The translations under genes were made by a program, and so were the position numbers. Shown piece after piece: positions 27,851-32,000 of a stretch of 32,000 bases of DNA; the first letter of the stretch is position 1; every line of letters begins with the position of its first letter. Source of the stretch: Methanothermobacter thermautotrophicus str. Delta H (GTDB taxonomy: Archaea; Methanobacteriota; Methanobacteria; Methanobacteriales; Methanothermobacteraceae); contig NC_000916.1 of the NCBI RefSeq assembly GCF_000008645.1, positions 570,001-602,000 of the forward strand, in the 5' to 3' direction. The notes beneath the pieces were generated by a model. That model ran no database searches and was not told where the DNA came from. It saw nothing but the letters and a program-made list of their open reading frames with translations.

Positions 27851-30800
27851 TTATTTCCTTCCAGGTCCCATGAAGTAGCCCACTCCAACCAGGGCAACCA
27901 GTGCTATGACACCCAATATGGCGTACACAGGCATTCCAGTATCTGATGAACCGGAGGAACCAGATGCTGTAACCTCATATGATTTTCCTGCACCCTGTGA
28001 TGATTCAGAGCCTGCTCCCACATTCTGTGAGGAGCTCTGAGTACCTGGACTTGCCGCTGAAACACCTTCAGATCCTCCTGAGGTTCCACTACTTCCATCA
28101 TGAGGCTGCCCTCCGGGTGTTGAACCTGATTCTCCACCCTGGTTTGGGTTCTCAGATGGTGCAAAGGCTGCGGCCCCTGTGGCTTCGTATATCTTTGACT
28201 TAACCCTGGCAAGTAGATCAGGGTTAACATACTGCATTGCCCACTCCATCATTGCAAGGTTGCCGCAGCTGCAGTCACAGCATGCCACACCGTACTCAGC
28301 AACAGTGCTTGCCCATGTATTTGCAACCAGCCTCAGAGTGGCCTCATCAGCCTTCCAGAAGCCCTTATGTGCTGCTGTTAATAGCGTCCCTGTTATACTG
28401 ATCATAGAATATGCCCTGTTACCTGTGGAGAGCCATCTGTTCACACCTAGATTGTATTTGTCTTTAATGTATATGTCTGTGATCTCATTCCAGTCATAGT
28501 CATCAACAAGCTGTGGTGCGGTAACCTGCCATCCCCAGAGGTATGCGACGAACTTGTTTGAGATGGTCCTTGCACCGCTATATCCCTCGTTCATCATTGA
28601 CTTTATCCATTCAGGGTTGTAGTAGCGTGTCCTCATTTCACGTCTCATGAACTCCTGCAGTGAGACAACTTCAGGCCTTGATGGGTTGGCGTAGTAGAGC
28701 ACATTGAGTGAAGGTGCCACCCCACCGTTGACCTTCTCAATTGCCATTGAGAGGCCCCCATAGTAGTCGTAGTAGTCATCGTTGTCAATTACACCATAAA
28801 GGTTGGTGCTCCTGCTGTGGTATGCCACTGTTACACCCTTCAGGAGATTCTCAAAGAGACCTTCCATTGATGCTCCCCAGCGCGTGTTTGAGTATGCGTG
28901 ACTCATCCTTCTGAGGTATACATCGGCAAGTTCTGACCTGTTATCCCATGTCCATGCCTCTTCAACACCATGGTTAACCCCTGCGCCATAGTCACCGACA
29001 GGTGGAGCGAATATACGTGTTATGGCAGTATCACCGTCATAACCTGCGAGTACCAGCTCTACCCAGTGCTTTGCAATGTAATTGACGTTAAGTGAATCAT
29101 TTTTGTCTATGATTTTAAGAAGATCTGCCATTGTCTTAGCCTGTTTGAACTGTCCTGTGAGCAGTGGATCTAGGGCAAGGTCAAGCTGTGTCTTGAGTTC
29201 GGGGTAAGCTTGAAGGATCTTTGAGTATGATGCTCCGAGTGCAACCCTGTATGCTACGTCCATTTTGGCCAGAAGGTTGGGGAATAGATCCCTGAAGAGG
29301 CCACTGGTGGTTACTATGACATCAATCCTTGGCCTTGATGTGAGGTTTGAAAGGCCCATGCTGCTTCTCACATTATTGAGGTCTGATAGAAGCTCTGTTA
29401 AATTTGTTGGAACTATGTAGGATAGTTTTCCGCCTCCGAGCCAGGTCTTATCGTCCATCTTTGGCTGCACACCCAGCATTCTCAGGACGAATGAAACCAT
29501 TGCACCGTCGTCTCTTGCCGTCTCAACGCACCAGACCACCGCAGCCATCTTTTCAGGAATTGTATCGAGCTGGGCCAGGGCCATATCTGCGAGCCTCTTA
29601 CCAAGATCCCACGCCACCTTTGTTGGTAGTGTGTTGTCGTCCTGGGCATAGAAGTTTCTTCCTGTTGGAAGGGCGTATGGGGCCTTAACTGGATCTCCTC
29701 CCTTTGCAGGAGTTATGTAGTGTCCGGATAGACCCTCCATAAGTGCATCCATTTCACTGGAAGGACTGTCCTTAAGGAGTGATGCATACTGGAGTGCCAG
29801 CTCAAGCTTTGAGTGGAGTGTTGCCTTGAGAGATGGATCCGTGATGTTTTCAAGTAGTGTGTCGATCGATGTTCCCCTTAAAAGTTCCATTATCATCTCT
29901 ACAGTGGCATTGTTAAGTGCTTCAGCCTGTTCAAAGGTGAGGTTGCTGAAATTCCATCCATTCATCATAGATATGAGTCTCTGTAGTGATGGGTCCACGT
30001 CGCTGTCTGGTGAGAGCATCCCTGATACCATGAGGGCCACTTCACTGTCAGTCCAGTTGAGACCAAATGTGTCAAGTCCATAGGGCATCAGTGTACTGGT
30101 AATGCTCAGAAGGTAGTCATGCACCCTGTCTATGTCATCGTCCGTCATGTTGGTTGCGTTAATCCCAAGATCCCTTGCAAGGTCAAGTTTGATTATGGTT
30201 TCCCTGATCTGCTTTGCATATTCGTCTCTCATGGGGTTTCCAGTTGGTGTAGCCTCGTAACTTGACACGAGCCCTGCAAGTTCCTGAAGGTCACCGTAGA
30301 GCTTTGTTCTTGTCAGCGGTGGTGTTAAATGATCTATGATCACTGCAAGTCCTCTTCTCTTGGCTTGCAGACCCTCTCCAACACCATCCATTATGTAGAT
30401 GTATAGTGATGGTGTATCTCCTATGCATATATCAGGGTAATCAAAGGATGAGAGGGCATACTGTTTCCTTGGTGTCCACTCGTAGGTTGCGTGTCTTCCA
30501 ACGTGTATCTGCGCATTTGCACCGAAAACCGTGTTTACCCATGCATACCATGCAAGGTAGCAGTGAGGTGGTGGAACTATTGTGCTGTGGTAGAGGTTTG
30601 CAGCGTCGGCTTCCCATCCCCTCTGTGGTTCCGGGCCTATGAAGACATTTCCAAACATGAGCCCCGGGATCACTACGTACTTCCTTCCATTTCTTGTTAC
30701 AACCATGACGTTTCCTGGTGGTTCACCCCAGCCAGTCATCCCTGAAACATTGAGGGCCATGAACTGGTTTTTGTAGATGTAGAAGAGATCCCATGCCGTT

Positions 30801-32000
30801 GTGTTGGATGTGTTCCAGATGACTGCTGTCAGGGCAGCGCTCATTTTGTTTATAAGATCAATTGCTGTTCCTGCGATCTGAGGGTGTGTATTCGCATTTG
30901 AGATCATCTCCTGGGTCCAGCGGTTGAGTGTCTTGAGCATTTCATCCCTGACCCTGCAGTCTCCTTCATTGATACACTGCACCGCAACCCTTGTGAGTTC
31001 CTCTATGTATCCAACGGGACCTTCAACCATCTCCTTGCGGGCAACAGGATCAAGTGTATTGAACCATGCAAGGTAGTCCTCGTATGGCCACAGTATTGCA
31101 TTTGAACTGTTTGCAAGTTTCTCAAGTTCACCGGGGGCCCAGTTGGCAACATTTATACCGTTTTTGATCATCATCTCAACCAGTGCATCAGCGTCCTGCG
31201 GTATTTCACCAACACTGTAGCCCTCTGCCTTCATGCGCTTGAGTATCTCAATGATACTTTCGGGGACATTAAGGTAACTTGCACCTATGTTCTGCTTACC
31301 CGGCGGGTAGTTGTAGTATACAATTGCCACCTTTTTGTCACTATTTGCCATGGTCTGGAGTCTGATCCAGTTGAAGGCCCTGCTGACAAGTTTCTCTATC
31401 CTCTCTGGAATGGTCACTGTTATGTCCCACTGTGCACCTGTTTCAGGATCTGAACCTATCTCACCCACACCTATGGCAAGTGGTTCTATCTGACCCTGCA
31501 TCTCTGGCTGTGCACACTGCCAGTAAACTGACATCCAGCTGAATCCCTCCTCTGAGACAATCCACTGACCAATTGTTCTGTATGTAGAACTGGTTATCAT
31601 TGCCCTCAGAACAGGGATATTTGATCTATCAAAGAACTTGGTAACACTGGCACCGGATGTTGTTGACCCGGTTATAAACGTCAGCATATCTATGATAACG
31701 TTTGCCTTGACAGGGTATTTTTCAGGGTTGGCCTCGTACTGAACAACGTTTGATGCATCTGTGAGAAACTTTACTAGGGCTGAATATACGTTCACCGGCT
31801 GTACTGTGCTGATCTTGAGACTCCTTATTAGGTTACCATTATCAAGTATCTGAACCTCATAAACATTCGCACTTGAGACGCTGGTAACACCAAGGATTGA
31901 TGTGAGGTCAGTGTAGTTCCCTATTCCCCTGATGGCAGTTATGTTGTAGGTCTGGTTTGGCATGCATAGCGTCTGGATAATGTTCTGCATACCAGTCTGG
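27851..32000 (-). CDS. CobN/Mg-chelatase-H-family giant protein (partial; N-terminus lies beyond the window end) with a Ser/Gly-rich linker and a C-terminal TM anchor
   Basis: The frame is open from the window edge (codons upstream of the track's Met are ...QTG-M with no stop), giving more than 1380 aa. CobN-like blocks run throughout (e.g. VAIVYYNYPPGKQNIGASYLNV, HVGRHATYEWTPRK, GGDPVKAPYALPTGRNFY, DYGAGVN, YYDYYGG). The tail is ...GSSGSSDTGMPVYAILGVIALVALVGVGYFMGPGRK*. Confidence 0.9.
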   Translation of the reverse strand, partial: QTGMQNIIQTLCMPNQTYNITAIRGIGNYTDLTSILGVTSVSSANVYEVQILDNGNLIRSLKISTVQPVNVYSALVKFLTDASNVVQYEANPEKYPVKANVIIDMLTFITGSTTSGASVTKFFDRSNIPVLRAMITSSTYRTIGQWIVSEEGFSWMSVYWQCAQPEMQGQIEPLAIGVGEIGSDPETGAQWDITVTIPERIEKLVSRAFNWIRLQTMANSDKKVAIVYYNYPPGKQNIGASYLNVPESIIEILKRMKAEGYSVGEIPQDADALVEMMIKNGINVANWAPGELEKLANSSNAILWPYEDYLAWFNTLDPVARKEMVEGPVGYIEELTRVAVQCINEGDCRVRDEMLKTLNRWTQEMISNANTHPQIAGTAIDLINKMSAALTAVIWNTSNTTAWDLFYIYKNQFMALNVSGMTGWGEPPGNVMVVTRNGRKYVVIPGLMFGNVFIGPEPQRGWEADAANLYHSTIVPPPHCYLAWYAWVNTVFGANAQIHVGRHATYEWTPRKQYALSSFDYPDICIGDTPSLYIYIMDGVGEGLQAKRRGLAVIIDHLTPPLTRTKLYGDLQELAGLVSSYEATPTGNPMRDEYAKQIRETIIKLDLARDLGINATNMTDDDIDRVHDYLLSITSTLMPYGLDTFGLNWTDSEVALMVSGMLSPDSDVDPSLQRLISMMNGWNFSNLTFEQAEALNNATVEMIMELLRGTSIDTLLENITDPSLKATLHSKLELALQYASLLKDSPSSEMDALMEGLSGHYITPAKGGDPVKAPYALPTGRNFYAQDDNTLPTKVAWDLGKRLADMALAQLDTIPEKMAAVVWCVETARDDGAMVSFVLRMLGVQPKMDDKTWLGGGKLSYIVPTNLTELLSDLNNVRSSMGLSNLTSRPRIDVIVTTSGLFRDLFPNLLAKMDVAYRVALGASYSKILQAYPELKTQLDLALDPLLTGQFKQAKTMADLLKIIDKNDSLNVNYIAKHWVELVLAGYDGDTAITRIFAPPVGDYGAGVNHGVEEAWTWDNRSELADVYLRRMSHAYSNTRWGASMEGLFENLLKGVTVAYHSRSTNLYGVIDNDDYYDYYGGLSMAIEKVNGGVAPSLNVLYYANPSRPEVVSLQEFMRREMRTRYYNPEWIKSMMNEGYSGARTISNKFVAYLWGWQVTAPQLVDDYDWNEITDIYIKDKYNLGVNRWLSTGNRAYSMISITGTLLTAAHKGFWKADEATLRLVANTWASTVAEYGVACCDCSCGNLAMMEWAMQYVNPDLLARVKSKIYEATGAAAFAPSENPNQGGESGSTPGGQPHDGSSGTSGGSEGVSAASPGTQSSSQNVGAGSESSQGAGKSYEVTASGSSGSSDTGMPVYAILGVIALVALVGVGYFMGPGRK

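Noticed and set aside
27851-32000. Calling this gene the genuine aerobic-pathway cobaltochelatase CobN.
   Set aside because: There are no cobS/cobT partners nearby, and the organism type uses the anaerobic (early cobalt insertion) route. The C-terminal linker, TM anchor and sequon density argue for a surface protein. Only the family-level call is retained.

Overview
The window reads as a euryarchaeal methanogen chromosome, very probably Methanothermobacter thermautotrophicus or a close relative. I base this on memory, not a search: the 134-aa mini-intein in the class II ribonucleotide reductase looks like the 'Mth RIR1' intein, the 81-aa Sm protein looks like SmAP1, and GGTGAT-type Shine-Dalgarno sites are typical. 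About 30 genes are densely packed on both strands.

Gene order, start to end:
- NifH-like ATPase (partial), CBS-pair protein, U32-family Fe-S protein, purF.
- Toprim/coiled-coil protein, rpl37e and an Sm-like protein, all co-directional.
- PUA protein, creatininase-family ArfB-like protein, and nrdJ carrying the intein.
- An AT-rich three-gene envelope/glycan-like island (about 8.9-13.1 kb).
- An archaea-type SF2 helicase.
- An XRE-cupin regulator, thioesterase and acyl-CoA synthetase operon.
- Two tandem amt-glnK pairs with NrpR-type GGAA-N6-TTCC operator candidates.
- pdxS, then a coupled HisA-like/PfkB-like pair.
- A CobN-like giant protein followed by a DUF2162-like permease and an ExbB/ExbD-like pair.

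The best candidate for an uncharacterised system is the last cluster (25.9-32 kb). It combines a sequon-rich, C-terminally membrane-anchored CobN-family chelatase homologue, a Cys-Pro-Cys-Cys membrane protein, and a MotA/ExbB-ExbD proton-motor pair, in an organism with no outer membrane.

I also see three reading-frame disruptions the ORF track hides: frameshifts in the thioesterase and the PfkB kinase, and an in-frame TGA in a secreted protein. Other points of note are a Toprim nuclease-like protein coupled to Sm/L37e, and repeat/hairpin structure at the nrdJ 3' end. No rRNA, tRNA or CRISPR array was recognised. All family assignments come from motif reading by eye; no searches were run.
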